Assembly: GCA_004525055.1 (NCBI GenBank)
Contig: SPDF01000001.1
Location: forward strand, 1-37,975
Direction of reading: 5' to 3'
Source: Gemmatimonadales bacterium
GTDB taxonomy: Bacteria > Gemmatimonadota > Gemmatimonadetes > Gemmatimonadales > GWC2-71-9
Length of the DNA: 37,975 bases
The notes beneath the pieces were generated by a model that saw only the letters and a list, made by a program, of their open reading frames with translations, was not told the origin of the DNA and did not search any database. Shown here piece after piece: positions 1 through 10,787 of the stretch (the first letter of the stretch is position 1; every line of letters starts with the position of its first letter). A program made the position numbers and the translations under genes.

Positions 1-90
1 GCCCGCGCCGATCGGCTCTCCCGGTCACTCGAGTCCATCAGCGGCCGCCCCTCGGAGGGCAGCCGTCCGCCCACCCGGAGCCGGGGCGAA

Positions 91-1332
91 TTGAACGCCG
101 GCGTCCGGGCGTTCGTGGCCCGCGAAGGCGCGCTGGTCGCCAGCGCGCTCGAGCGGGCCGCCCGCGCGCTAGAGGCCGACCCGCGCGCCAGGGATCCGCT
201 GCATAACATCCTGCGACGGATGCAGTCCCTGCGCGGCCTGGCGGCCCTCACCGACCTCGCACCCCTGCCCGAGCTCCTCGACAGCCTGGAGATGGCCGTC
301 GGCGACCTGCTGCGGGCATCCGCTCCCCCGAAGGCCGTGAGCGAAGTGTTCGAGGCCGCCGCATTGGCGCTCACTCGTGCCTCACGCGACGTCGCGGATC
401 ACGGCAGGCCGGAACCCGATGCCCCCGAGGCCCGGCACTTCGCGGTCCTGCTGATCCGGCGCCTCGCCGACGACCGGGACGTGGTGGGCATCGAAACGCT
501 GTGCCCGGTCGGCCAGGCCAGCATCGTCCAGGCGGGCACTCCGCCGGAGCCGCCCTCCCCCGTCACACTCGGTTCCGTCGAGCTCCTGACCCACGGCGAA
601 TTTCTGGTGCAGGCCGCCGATGAGCTCGAGCGTGCGGTAACCGACACACAGCGGGACCTGCGTCTCTTCAACTTGACCGGTGCGCTCGACTCCCCGCGCC
701 TCGCGGCGGCGGCGGTCATCGGCCACGGACTCGACGCCTTCGCGGTCGCCGTGCGTCTCGCCATCGTCAACGGCAGCGCCGCAGGCGATCCAGGTGGTTT
801 CGCCGCAGCGCTCCGCTCGGCCGGCACCCTCATCCGGGGATTGGGACCGCGGAGCGACCCGGAGCGGGCATCGACCGAACTGGCGGGGCTGGCGGCCGTC
901 CTCGGACAGGCACCGGACGACATCGTGCCGATCGAGTCGCTCGCCCCCGATGACGACGCCATCCCCGTCGAAGCGTTGGCGCCAGAGGTGGAACTGGACG
1001 ACCTCCCTTCTGCCGAGGCCACGGAAGACGCCTCCCTCGCGGGAAGCTTCCTCACCTATGCACGCCTCTCGGGGGCTAGGAGCCGTACCTCGGGGAATGG
1101 CGCCGCGCGGACCTCAACCCCATCGCCGACGGCGGCCACACCTGCTCCCGCTGAGGATGCGGTCGAGATCGACACCCTGCTCTACCGGGGTGACGCCGCT
1201 CTGCGCCGTGCCAACGCGGTGCGCCGCGACCTCGCTGACCTCCTCAAGGCAGGTGCCCAGCTCGGCAGCATCCGCCCCCTCCTCGACGAGCTGCTCGACC
1301 TCGTCCCGCTGGCGCTCGAGCCTTCCGCTTGA
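91..1332 (+). CDS. Hypothetical Ala/Leu/Asp-rich protein, possibly 5'-truncated by the window edge
   Basis: 413-aa ORF with strong GC3 bias. The same frame stays open back to nt 1, so the real start may lie upstream of the window. No family recognised. It contains a repeated motif [IV]-x-[IV]-[ED]-[ST/A]-L. Its stop overlaps the TTG start of the next gene (TTGA at 1329-1332). Confidence 0.5.
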   Translation: MNAGVRAFVAREGALVASALERAARALEADPRARDPLHNILRRMQSLRGLAALTDLAPLPELLDSLEMAVGDLLRASAPPKAVSEVFEAAALALTRASRDVADHGRPEPDAPEARHFAVLLIRRLADDRDVVGIETLCPVGQASIVQAGTPPEPPSPVTLGSVELLTHGEFLVQAADELERAVTDTQRDLRLFNLTGALDSPRLAAAAVIGHGLDAFAVAVRLAIVNGSAAGDPGGFAAALRSAGTLIRGLGPRSDPERASTELAGLAAVLGQAPDDIVPIESLAPDDDAIPVEALAPEVELDDLPSAEATEDASLAGSFLTYARLSGARSRTSGNGAARTSTPSPTAATPAPAEDAVEIDTLLYRGDAALRRANAVRRDLADLLKAGAQLGSIRPLLDELLDLVPLALEPSA

Positions 1333-2348
1333 ACGGATCGCGTCACCGAGTCTGGCAGCTGCTGCTCGCCGTCACGCTCTCTGCCCTGTTGCTCTGGTGG
1401 GCATTCCGCGACGTCGACTTCGCCGAGGCACTCGGGTATCTCCGCGCGGTTCGGATCGGATGGCTGCTCGCCGCTGTGTTCGTCGCGACGTCCCTCTTCC
1501 CGCTGCGGCTCTTTCGCTGGCGCCTCCTGCTCCGCACGGAGGACGGGGAGCCCTACCCCTGGACGCCACTCTGGCACGCCATTGCGATGGGATTTGCCGC
1601 CAACAACCTCCTGCCCTTCCGGGCCGGCGAGGTGGTTCGCACCGTTGCGGCGAGCCGCCTGACTGGCGCCAGATTGACGACGTCACTCGCGTCGGTGGCA
1701 GTTGAACGGGTCTTCGACGTCCTGACGGTGGTGGGCCTGCTGGCCGTGGCCCTCCTGATGCCTGGGATGCCCGCGGGGCTCTCGGTGGCAGGGATTCCGG
1801 TCCAGCGCGTCGCGACATCAGCCGGCCTCCTGGCGCTGGCCGCACTCGCCTGTGCCAGCCTCGTCGTCGCGTTTCCCCGGGCCGCCGAGCGTGTGGTTCG
1901 CCGCATCGTTCCGTCGGACAGGATCGCCCTGCGCCTGATTGAAATCATTGAGGGGATCCGACAGGGGCTGGTGGTACTTCGGTCGCCGCAGCGCCTCCTC
2001 GGCGTGATTGCCTGGTCGGTGGTGCTCTGGCTCGTCAACGCCCTCTCGTTTTATCTCGCCTTCGTGGCGTTCGACCTTCCGGTGAATTACACCGTCGCAG
2101 TCGTTATGCAGGGGATCCTCGCCTTCGGGATTGCCGTCCCATCGGCCCCCGGATATGTGGGCCCGTTCGAAGCGGTCATCACGGCGGTGCTTGCCCTGTA
2201 TGGGATCGGGGCCAGCCAGGCCGTTGCGTACGCGGTGGGGTACCACATCACCACCTTCATTCCGATCACGCTGCTCGGCGTCTGGTCGGCCACCCGGACC
2301 GGGCTCGGTCTCGGGGCGACGGCGCGCGAGGCACCGCCCAGTGCCTGA
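1329..2348 (+). CDS. Lysylphosphatidylglycerol-synthase-TM-like (UPF0104/flippase-like) integral membrane protein
   Basis: 339 aa, multi-pass hydrophobic. N-terminus RHRVWQLLLAVTLSALLLWWAFRDV, then LRLFRWRLLL and NNLLPFRAGEVVR, which are typical of the LPG_synthase_TM family. TTG start overlaps the upstream stop. Confidence 0.75.
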   Translation: MNGSRHRVWQLLLAVTLSALLLWWAFRDVDFAEALGYLRAVRIGWLLAAVFVATSLFPLRLFRWRLLLRTEDGEPYPWTPLWHAIAMGFAANNLLPFRAGEVVRTVAASRLTGARLTTSLASVAVERVFDVLTVVGLLAVALLMPGMPAGLSVAGIPVQRVATSAGLLALAALACASLVVAFPRAAERVVRRIVPSDRIALRLIEIIEGIRQGLVVLRSPQRLLGVIAWSVVLWLVNALSFYLAFVAFDLPVNYTVAVVMQGILAFGIAVPSAPGYVGPFEAVITAVLALYGIGASQAVAYAVGYHITTFIPITLLGVWSATRTGLGLGATAREAPPSA

Positions 2349-2361
2349 CTCCTCAGTCTCG

Positions 2362-3204
2362 ATGCAGGCTCCGGCAAAGGCCAACCTCTTTCTGCGGGTT
2401 CTGGCCCGGGAATCGACGGGCTACCACGGCATCGAGACGTTGTTCTGCCTGCTCGACCTGTCGGATGGCTTGACAGCGGAGCGGCGGACCGGCGATGCCG
2501 TGAGCATCGATGTGCTGGGTGCGGACGTCGGCCCGCCGGCGGACAACCTGGCGGTGCGCGCAGCGGAGATGGTCCTCCAGGCGACCGGCAGGAAGTTTGG
2601 CGTTCACCTCACGCTCGAGAAGCGAATTCCGATACAGGCGGGGCTGGGCGGCGGGTCGAGCGATGCGGCTGCGGCGCTCACCCTCACCAACCAGCTGGCC
2701 GGCAACGCCGTCCCGCGGCATGAACTTCTCCAGTTTGCGGCGCGACTCGGGAGTGATGTGCCGTTCTTCCTGAGCGAGGCGCGTCTCGCCCTCGCCTGGG
2801 GTCACGGCGAGCGGATGCTCCGGCTCCCTCCACTCCCCGCGGCGCTGGCGCTCCTTCTCGTGCCCAGCGAAGGAATGCCGACGGCGGAGGCATACGACTG
2901 GATGGATCAGGGGAGCGAGTCCAGCCGGCGCGGAGGCCTGGCGCTGGATCTCGACTCCCTGCGGAATTGGGGGGACATTGCCCGGATGGCGGGCAACGAT
3001 TTTGAGGCAGCGCTCTTCGCCCGGAAGCCGAGGCTGAAGGGGGCGTTCGAGGCGCTGGCGGGCACCCGGCCCCTGCTCTGCAGGCTGACCGGATCCGGTG
3101 CCGCGTTCCTCGCGGTCTACCGGAACGCCACGGACCGAACCGATGCCGCCATGATGCTCGGCAAGAAGCATGGCGAGCTTCTGGAGGTGACCGCGGGCGG
3201 GTAG
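2362..3204 (+). CDS. ispE: 4-diphosphocytidyl-2-C-methyl-D-erythritol kinase
   Basis: Internal ATG at 2362 of the 2131..3204 ORF gives MQAPAKANLFLRVL..., the canonical IspE N-terminus, plus the GHMP kinase motif PIQAGLGGGSSDAAAAL. The upstream part of the ORF overlaps the previous gene and is Arg/Ser/Pro-rich junk. Confidence 0.9.
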   Translation: MQAPAKANLFLRVLARESTGYHGIETLFCLLDLSDGLTAERRTGDAVSIDVLGADVGPPADNLAVRAAEMVLQATGRKFGVHLTLEKRIPIQAGLGGGSSDAAAALTLTNQLAGNAVPRHELLQFAARLGSDVPFFLSEARLALAWGHGERMLRLPPLPAALALLLVPSEGMPTAEAYDWMDQGSESSRRGGLALDLDSLRNWGDIARMAGNDFEAALFARKPRLKGAFEALAGTRPLLCRLTGSGAAFLAVYRNATDRTDAAMMLGKKHGELLEVTAGG

Positions 3205-3252
3205 CCCCCAGTCCTTTCTCCTGCCGCGGCAATGCTTTACCTTACCCCATAC

Positions 3253-3323
3253 TGGCCCTTCGTCCAACGGCAGGACAGCAGACTTTGGATCTGCGAATGG
3301 TGGTTCGAATCCACCAGGGCCAA
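3253..3323 (+). tRNA. tRNA-Gln (anticodon UUG)
   Basis: Hand-folded cloverleaf. Acceptor TGGCCCT/AGGGCCA, D stem GTCC/GGAC, anticodon stem GCAGA/TCTGC with loop CTTTGGA (TTG), variable loop GAAT, T arm GGTGG-TTCGAAT-CCACC, discriminator A. CCA is not encoded. Confidence 0.9.
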
Positions 3324-3359
3324 TCCTCCCACCGGCGGATCCTGTTGTCCCCGCACGAG

Positions 3360-3389
3360 TTGACTCTCCCCAGTTCGCCCGGTTAGATT
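3360..3389 (+). promoter_or_regulatory. Possible sigma70-type promoter upstream of prs
   Basis: TTGACT (3360-3365), 18-nt spacer, TAGATT (3384-3389). The -10 is only 10 nt from the ATG at 3400 and would leave almost no leader, so this is weak. Confidence 0.3.
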
Positions 3390-3399
3390 TGAGGGCTCT

Positions 3400-4353
3400 A
3401 TGGCGCCGATTTCGCAAGCACGCAGCAAGCTACTTCTCCTCAGCGGCACGGCCAACCGGCCGCTCGCGGAAGAAGTGGCCGAGCACTTGGGCCAGCCGCT
3501 CTGCAAGGTGACGATCAAGCGGTTTGCCGACGGCGAAATTTTCGTCAAGATCGACGAAAACGTGCGCGGGCGGGATGTGTACATCATCCAACCCACCAAT
3601 CCGCCGGCCGAGAACCTGATGGAGCTGCTGCTCCTGATGGACGCCGCCAAGCGGGCGAGCGCGGCGCGGGTCACGCCGGTCATCCCCTACTTCGGGTATG
3701 CCCGGCAGGACCGGAAAGATCAGCCACGGGTGGCAATCAGCGCCCGGCTGATCGCGAACATGGTGACGATGGCCGGGGCGGACCGCGTGCTGGGGATGGA
3801 TTTTCACCAGCACCAGATGCAGGGCTTCTTCGACCTGCCGGTGGACCACCTCTACGCCGCGCCGGCGTTCGTGAATCACTTCCGGCAGAAGCGGCTGAAC
3901 GACCCGGTGGTGGTCGCGCCCGATGTCGGCTCGGCCAAGATGGCGCGAGGGTTCGCGAAGCGGCTCAACGCGACCCTCGCCATCATCGACAAGCGGCGGC
4001 CGTCAGCCAACATCGCGGAAGTCGTGAATGTGGTCGGCGAAGTAGAGGGCCGGGACTGCGTCATCCCGGACGACATGATCGACACGGCGGGCACCATGTC
4101 GGAAGCGGTGCGTGCCCTGAAGCGGCTCGGCGCCAAGGACGTCTACTGCTGTGCGACGCACGCCTTGCTCTCCGGGCCGGCCGTCGAACGGCTCTCGACG
4201 TCAGGAGTCAAGGAAGTGGTGGTCACCAACACGATCGCCATTCCGCCGGAGCGGCGCTTCGAACAGTTGACCGTGCTTTCGATCGCCGGCCTTCTGGCCA
4301 AGGCAATCGGCTACACCCACAGCGACCAGTCGGTCAGCTCGCTGTTTGATTGA
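3400..4353 (+). CDS. prs: Ribose-phosphate pyrophosphokinase
   Basis: 317 aa. LLLLSGTANRPLAEEVAEHLG..., FADGEIFVKIDENVRGRDVYIIQ, YFGYARQDRK and DDMIDTAGT (PRPP-binding loop) are classic Prs motifs. Confidence 0.95.
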   Translation: MAPISQARSKLLLLSGTANRPLAEEVAEHLGQPLCKVTIKRFADGEIFVKIDENVRGRDVYIIQPTNPPAENLMELLLLMDAAKRASAARVTPVIPYFGYARQDRKDQPRVAISARLIANMVTMAGADRVLGMDFHQHQMQGFFDLPVDHLYAAPAFVNHFRQKRLNDPVVVAPDVGSAKMARGFAKRLNATLAIIDKRRPSANIAEVVNVVGEVEGRDCVIPDDMIDTAGTMSEAVRALKRLGAKDVYCCATHALLSGPAVERLSTSGVKEVVVTNTIAIPPERRFEQLTVLSIAGLLAKAIGYTHSDQSVSSLFD

Positions 4354-4393
4354 GGGCGCCGCATCGGCGTCCACTACCTCGAAGGATCGGACT

Positions 4394-5053
4394 ATGGCAC
4401 AACAGGTGAACCTCGCGGCGGCCTCCCGCCCTCAGACTGGAACCGGAGCCGCCCGCGCGCTCCGTCGCGCGGGCCAGGTGCCCGCGGTCATTTACGGCCA
4501 CGGCCGTGACCCGGAGCCGCTCGCCATTGACGCCGGCGATCTCTCCCGGCTCCTGCCGAGAATGAGCGCCAGCACCATTCTTGACGTCACCGTCGACGGT
4601 CGGCCGCCGATCAGGGCGCTGTTGCGCGATCTGCAGCGGCACGCGCTGCGCTCCTCGACCATCGTGCATCTCGACCTCTACGAGATCCACGCCGACGAGG
4701 AAGTGGACGTGCGCGTGGCGATCCACCTCAACGGCGTGCCGGACGGCGTCCGGAACTTCGGCGGCGTCCTCGACTTCGTGCACCGTGAGGTCGAAATCCG
4801 CGTCCTCCCCGGCGATATCCCGGCGAGCATTGACGTGGACGTGACCAACCTCGCCATCGGGCACTCGATCTTCGTCCGGGACCTTGTCCTGGCGAAGGGC
4901 GTGATCCTCGACGATGAAGACTCCGCGATCTGCACGGTGGTCGCGCCACGCGTCGAAGAGGTCGCCGTGGTCGAGGTCGAGGAAGACCTGGCCGAACCCG
5001 AGTTGATCCGCAAGCCGAAGGCCGAGGACGACGAGGACGCCGACAAGGAGTGA
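4394..5053 (+). CDS. rplY: 50S ribosomal protein L25 / general stress protein Ctc
   Basis: ATG at 4394 is preceded by GAAGGA. MAQQVNLAAASRPQTGTGAARALRRAGQVPAVIYGHG... is the L25/Ctc N-terminus, and the tail is acidic. Conserved position between prs and pth. Confidence 0.9.
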   Translation: MAQQVNLAAASRPQTGTGAARALRRAGQVPAVIYGHGRDPEPLAIDAGDLSRLLPRMSASTILDVTVDGRPPIRALLRDLQRHALRSSTIVHLDLYEIHADEEVDVRVAIHLNGVPDGVRNFGGVLDFVHREVEIRVLPGDIPASIDVDVTNLAIGHSIFVRDLVLAKGVILDDEDSAICTVVAPRVEEVAVVEVEEDLAEPELIRKPKAEDDEDADKE

Positions 5054-5057
5054 CGCC

Positions 5058-5627
5058 CTGCGCGCCATCCTCGGACTCGGCAACCCGGGTCCCGAATACG
5101 AGCAGACCCGCCACAATGCGGGGTTCGTTCTGGCCGATCACCTGGCGCGGCGCTGGGGGTTCGGGGCGTTCCGACGAGCGGTACGGGCGCGCGAGGCAAG
5201 CGGCCAGCGCGACGGCATGGACATCCGGCTGATCAAGCCGACAACCTACATGAACCGGAGCGGGGCGGCACTCGCCCCGCTCCGTGCGTTTGCGGGGTTC
5301 GACCCCGCGCAGGACTTGCTGGTCCTGGTCGATGATGTCGCGCTTCCCACAGGCCGGTTTCGGCTGAGGGGGGCCGGGTCGGCCGGGGGACATAACGGAC
5401 TGAAGAGCGTGGAAGGGGCGCTGATGCGCCAGGACTACGCGCGGCTTCGCATCGGGGTCGGCCCACTTCCCCTCGACGGCCAGGATCTCGCGGACTTCGT
5501 CCTCGACGATTTCACCGGCGAAGAGTGGGAGCTACTGTCCAACCTGCTCGACCCGATGGCCGAGGCCGTCGAGTGTTGGCTGGCGGACGGCATCGAGCCG
5601 GCCATGAACCGCTTTAATGGAGGCTGA
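5058..5627 (+). CDS. pth: Peptidyl-tRNA hydrolase (probable CTG start)
   Basis: The frame reads LRAILGLGNPGPEYEQTRHNAGF from 5058, the canonical Pth N-terminus. The track ORF (5217..) lacks this essential region. There is no ATG/GTG/TTG in frame between the stop at 5004 and 5217. AAGGAG (5045-5050) lies 7 nt upstream of CTG 5058. Confidence 0.8.
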   Translation: MRAILGLGNPGPEYEQTRHNAGFVLADHLARRWGFGAFRRAVRAREASGQRDGMDIRLIKPTTYMNRSGAALAPLRAFAGFDPAQDLLVLVDDVALPTGRFRLRGAGSAGGHNGLKSVEGALMRQDYARLRIGVGPLPLDGQDLADFVLDDFTGEEWELLSNLLDPMAEAVECWLADGIEPAMNRFNGG

Positions 5628-7679
<2,052 letters not shown>

Positions 7680-7750
7680 GCGGGGAAGCGGGCCAGCAAT
7701 AACTCGGGGGGATCAGCGACCAAGCCGATGCCCCCGTGTTACTTCCCCGC
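7680..7750. terminator. Nested stem-loop between convergent hppA and korB, possibly a bidirectional terminator
   Basis: GCGGGGAAG (7680-7688) pairs with CTTCCCCGC (7742-7750). An inner CGGGGG (7705-7710) pairs with CCCCCG (7731-7736). There is no clear U-tract. Confidence 0.3.
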
Positions 7751-7773
7751 GTCCCCGCGTCCCCGCCCTGCGC

Positions 7774-8778
7774 CTACACGGTCCACGTCTTCCCCTGCGT
7801 CATCAGCGCCTCCAAATCCGGGGAGCCCGTCGCCTGTTGCTCGTAGAGCGCTGCGGTGTAGCTCTGGACGGGGGCGGCGTAGAGCACGCCGAGCGCGACC
7901 GGGAACGGCGGCTCGAGCGCGGCGAGCATGCCGGCGAGCGTCCGGTTGGTCTCGTCGTGGACCAGGATGTCCTCCATCGTCACCCCAGCGTCGCCGAGGG
8001 TCACCACCTCGAGCGCAATGCTGGAGGGGTCGAGCCGCAGCCCCTTCTGCCGGTCCTTCCCGAACAGCAACGGCTGGCCGTGCACCAGGTGCAGCTGGCG
8101 TTCGTCTGCCACCGCCCGGTCGGTGAACTCATTGAAGACACCGTCATTGAACACCAGGCAGTTCTGGAACACCTCCACGAAGGACGCACCCCGGTTGGCG
8201 TGCGCACGCTTCAAGACATCGATCAGCTGCGCCTGCTGGGTGTCGATGCCGCGTGCGACAAACCGGCCCCCGGCACCGAGCGCGAAGGTGGCGGCGGACA
8301 GCGGCCGCTCGATGGACCCGTTCGGCGAGGTCGGGCTTTTGGTCCCCGCCCGTGACGTCGGCGAGTACTGCCCCTTGGTCAGCCCGTAGATCTCGTTGTT
8401 GAAGAGGATGATCTGCAGGTCGACGTTCCGGCGGAGCACATGCAACATGTGGTTGCCGCCGATGGATAGTCCGTCGCCGTCGCCGGTCATGACCCACACA
8501 TCGAGCTCCGGATTGGCCAGCTTCACACCGGTCGCGAGGGCAGGCGCGCGCCCGTGCACCGTGTGGAATCCGTAGGTGGCCATGTAGTATGGAAACCGCG
8601 AGGAGCACCCGATGCCAGACACGAACACCGTGTTCTCGCGGCGTGAGCCGATATCGGCCAGCGCCTTCTGCACCGCCTTGAGAATCGCGTAGTCTCCGCA
8701 TCCAGGGCACCAGCGAATCTCCTGGTTGGAGGCGAACTCCTTCGGCTGCAGCTTGACCAGGGTCGGGGTTGCGGTCAT
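7774..8778 (-). CDS. korB: 2-oxoglutarate (2-oxoacid):ferredoxin oxidoreductase, beta subunit
   Basis: 334 aa. IRWCPGCGDYAILKAVQKAL, SGIGCSSRFPYY and the TPP motif GDGDGLSIGGNH. ATGA overlap with korA. Confidence 0.9.
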   Translation of the reverse strand: MTATPTLVKLQPKEFASNQEIRWCPGCGDYAILKAVQKALADIGSRRENTVFVSGIGCSSRFPYYMATYGFHTVHGRAPALATGVKLANPELDVWVMTGDGDGLSIGGNHMLHVLRRNVDLQIILFNNEIYGLTKGQYSPTSRAGTKSPTSPNGSIERPLSAATFALGAGGRFVARGIDTQQAQLIDVLKRAHANRGASFVEVFQNCLVFNDGVFNEFTDRAVADERQLHLVHGQPLLFGKDRQKGLRLDPSSIALEVVTLGDAGVTMEDILVHDETNRTLAGMLAALEPPFPVALGVLYAAPVQSYTAALYEQQATGSPDLEALMTQGKTWTV

Positions 8779-10676
8779 GCAGCACCTCCCTTCCCGTTAC
8801 CGCTCGTTCGTTCCATGATCGCCCCGAAGATCGTGGACACCTTGAACGGTTTGCCATTTACCTGGCTGAACCGTTCGGCCGGCAGGAGGTACTCGGCCCG
8901 GAGGAGGGTCACGAGTTGTCCTCTGTTCATTTCCGGCACCAGGATGTTGTCGAACCGCTTGAGCAGATCGCCCAGATTGCGGGGGAACGGCGCGATATAC
9001 CGGAGGTGAATATGCGACACGCGTCGGCCCTCTGCCCGCGCCCGCCGCACCGCCATGTGAATCGGCCCGAAGGTGGACCCCCAGCCGACCACCGCGAGTT
9101 CGCCGCGATCCTCGCCCTGGTTAACCGCCTGCTCGGGGATGTCCGCCGCAATACCGGCCACCTTGGCCGCCCGCGCCTCCGTCATCTGTGCATGGTTGTC
9201 CGGATCATAGGAGATGTCCCCCGTGTCGGCGTTCCGCTCGAGGCCGCCGATTCGGTGCTCCAATCCGGGACTACCCGGCCGTGCCCAAGGCCGCGCCAGG
9301 GTGGCGGGATCCCGCACGAACGGCTGGAATCCATGGGGGTCCGTGCGGAACGCCACCGGAAAGGTCGGCAATCCGGCTGGGTCCGGAATCAGCCACGGCT
9401 CGGCTGCATTGATCAGGTACCCGTCCGTCAACAGGAAGACGGGCGTCATGTACTTGGTGGCCAGTCGAACCGCTTCCATGGCCACTTCGAATCCGTCCGA
9501 CGGCGTGGAGGCGGCGAGAACCGGCATCGGCGCATCGCCGTTCCTGCCCAGCACCGCCTGGAACAGGTCGGACTGCTCGGTTTTGGTCGGTAGGCCGGTC
9601 GAGGGCCCGGCGCGCTGCGCGTCGATGACGATGAGCGGGAGCTCGGTGGCGATGGCCAGCCCGAGTGCCTCGGTCTTGAGCGCGACCCCAGGGCCGGAGG
9701 ATGACGTCACGCCGAGCGAGCCCGCGAAGGAGGCCCCGATGGCCGCACAGATGGCGGCAATCTCGTCCTCCGCCTGGAAGGTGACCACCCCATGCGCCCG
9801 CAGTCCCACCAGGGCGTGGAGCACAGGCGACGCCGGGGTGATCGGGTAGCCGGCGAACACCATGCGCTCGATACCTGCGGCCTTGAGCCCGGCCACCAAC
9901 CCCCAGGCGACGGCCTCCGTGCCGCTGATGGTCCGGTAGGTGCCGGGCGCGACGGGCGCCGCCCCGATCGCAACCGGGCGAAGGAAATTGGGCAGCTCCG
10001 CGGTCTCGCCAAAGGCGTGTCCGGCGTTCAGCACCGCCACGTTCGCCGCCACGATCGCCGGGTCCGTTGCGAACTTCTTCTCGATCCAGTCGGTGGTGGT
10101 CTTCCGGTCGCGATCATACAGCCAGAGCACCAGACCGAGCGCCCACATGTTACGGGATCGGGCCGTCTGCTTGGAGGTGAGTCCGAGTCCCTCCACCGCG
10201 GCCACCGTAAGCCTGCCGATGTCGAGCGGGAGCACGATGAAGTCCGACAGGCTCCCGTCTTCGAGGGGGTTCGTGGCGTAGCCGGCCTTGGTGAGGTTCC
10301 GTTCTGTGAACGCACCCTTGTCGACGATCAGGGTGCCGCTCCGCCGGAGATCCATGATGTTGGTGATGAGCGCTGCCGGATTCATCGCGACCAGGACATC
10401 GAGGTCGTCGCCGGCAGTCGCCACCTCGACCGACCCGAAATGAATCTGAAACGCGGAGACGCCGAAGGTGGTCCCGACCGGGGCGCGGATCTCCGCCGGA
10501 AAGTCCGGGAAGGTGGCCAGGTCGCTGCCGGCCAGGGCGGTCTCCATGGCGAACCGGGCCCCGGTGATCTGCATGCCATCGCCGGAATCGCCGGCAAACC
10601 GGACGACGGCCTGCTCGCGCACCGCAGGCGGACCGGCCGTATCGGCCCCGCCAGGAACGCTGGTTGTTGATGACAT
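8775..10676 (-). CDS. korA: 2-oxoglutarate (2-oxoacid):ferredoxin oxidoreductase, alpha subunit
   Basis: Internal ATG at 10676 gives MSSTTSVPGG...VVRFAGDSGDGMQITG...FPDFPAEIRAP...GYPITPASP... (633 aa). The remaining 418 N-terminal codons of the 1051-aa track ORF are antisense to ychF and were discarded. Confidence 0.9.
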   Translation of the reverse strand: MSSTTSVPGGADTAGPPAVREQAVVRFAGDSGDGMQITGARFAMETALAGSDLATFPDFPAEIRAPVGTTFGVSAFQIHFGSVEVATAGDDLDVLVAMNPAALITNIMDLRRSGTLIVDKGAFTERNLTKAGYATNPLEDGSLSDFIVLPLDIGRLTVAAVEGLGLTSKQTARSRNMWALGLVLWLYDRDRKTTTDWIEKKFATDPAIVAANVAVLNAGHAFGETAELPNFLRPVAIGAAPVAPGTYRTISGTEAVAWGLVAGLKAAGIERMVFAGYPITPASPVLHALVGLRAHGVVTFQAEDEIAAICAAIGASFAGSLGVTSSSGPGVALKTEALGLAIATELPLIVIDAQRAGPSTGLPTKTEQSDLFQAVLGRNGDAPMPVLAASTPSDGFEVAMEAVRLATKYMTPVFLLTDGYLINAAEPWLIPDPAGLPTFPVAFRTDPHGFQPFVRDPATLARPWARPGSPGLEHRIGGLERNADTGDISYDPDNHAQMTEARAAKVAGIAADIPEQAVNQGEDRGELAVVGWGSTFGPIHMAVRRARAEGRRVSHIHLRYIAPFPRNLGDLLKRFDNILVPEMNRGQLVTLLRAEYLLPAERFSQVNGKPFKVSTIFGAIMERTSGNGKGGAA

Positions 10677-10787
10677 AAAGGCCCGCCTAGTGTGGGGGGA
10701 GCGTCTGCAGTTCAATTGTATCCACGGAGCCCCGTGCGGCGCCAGCACCCCGCTTCCATTGGGAGCCCGTTCAAGCGATAATACCGC

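Noticed and set aside
3205-3400. tRNA-Gln as a possible integration hotspot for a genomic island
   Set aside because: No integrase, no direct repeat of the tRNA 3' end and no compositional break were seen. The flanking ispE and prs genes are the usual conserved neighbours of this tRNA.
2353-3417. 354-aa minus-strand ORF covering ispE and running through the tRNA-Gln
   Set aside because: It overlaps a confidently identified kinase and a structurally perfect tRNA, and its composition is junk-like.
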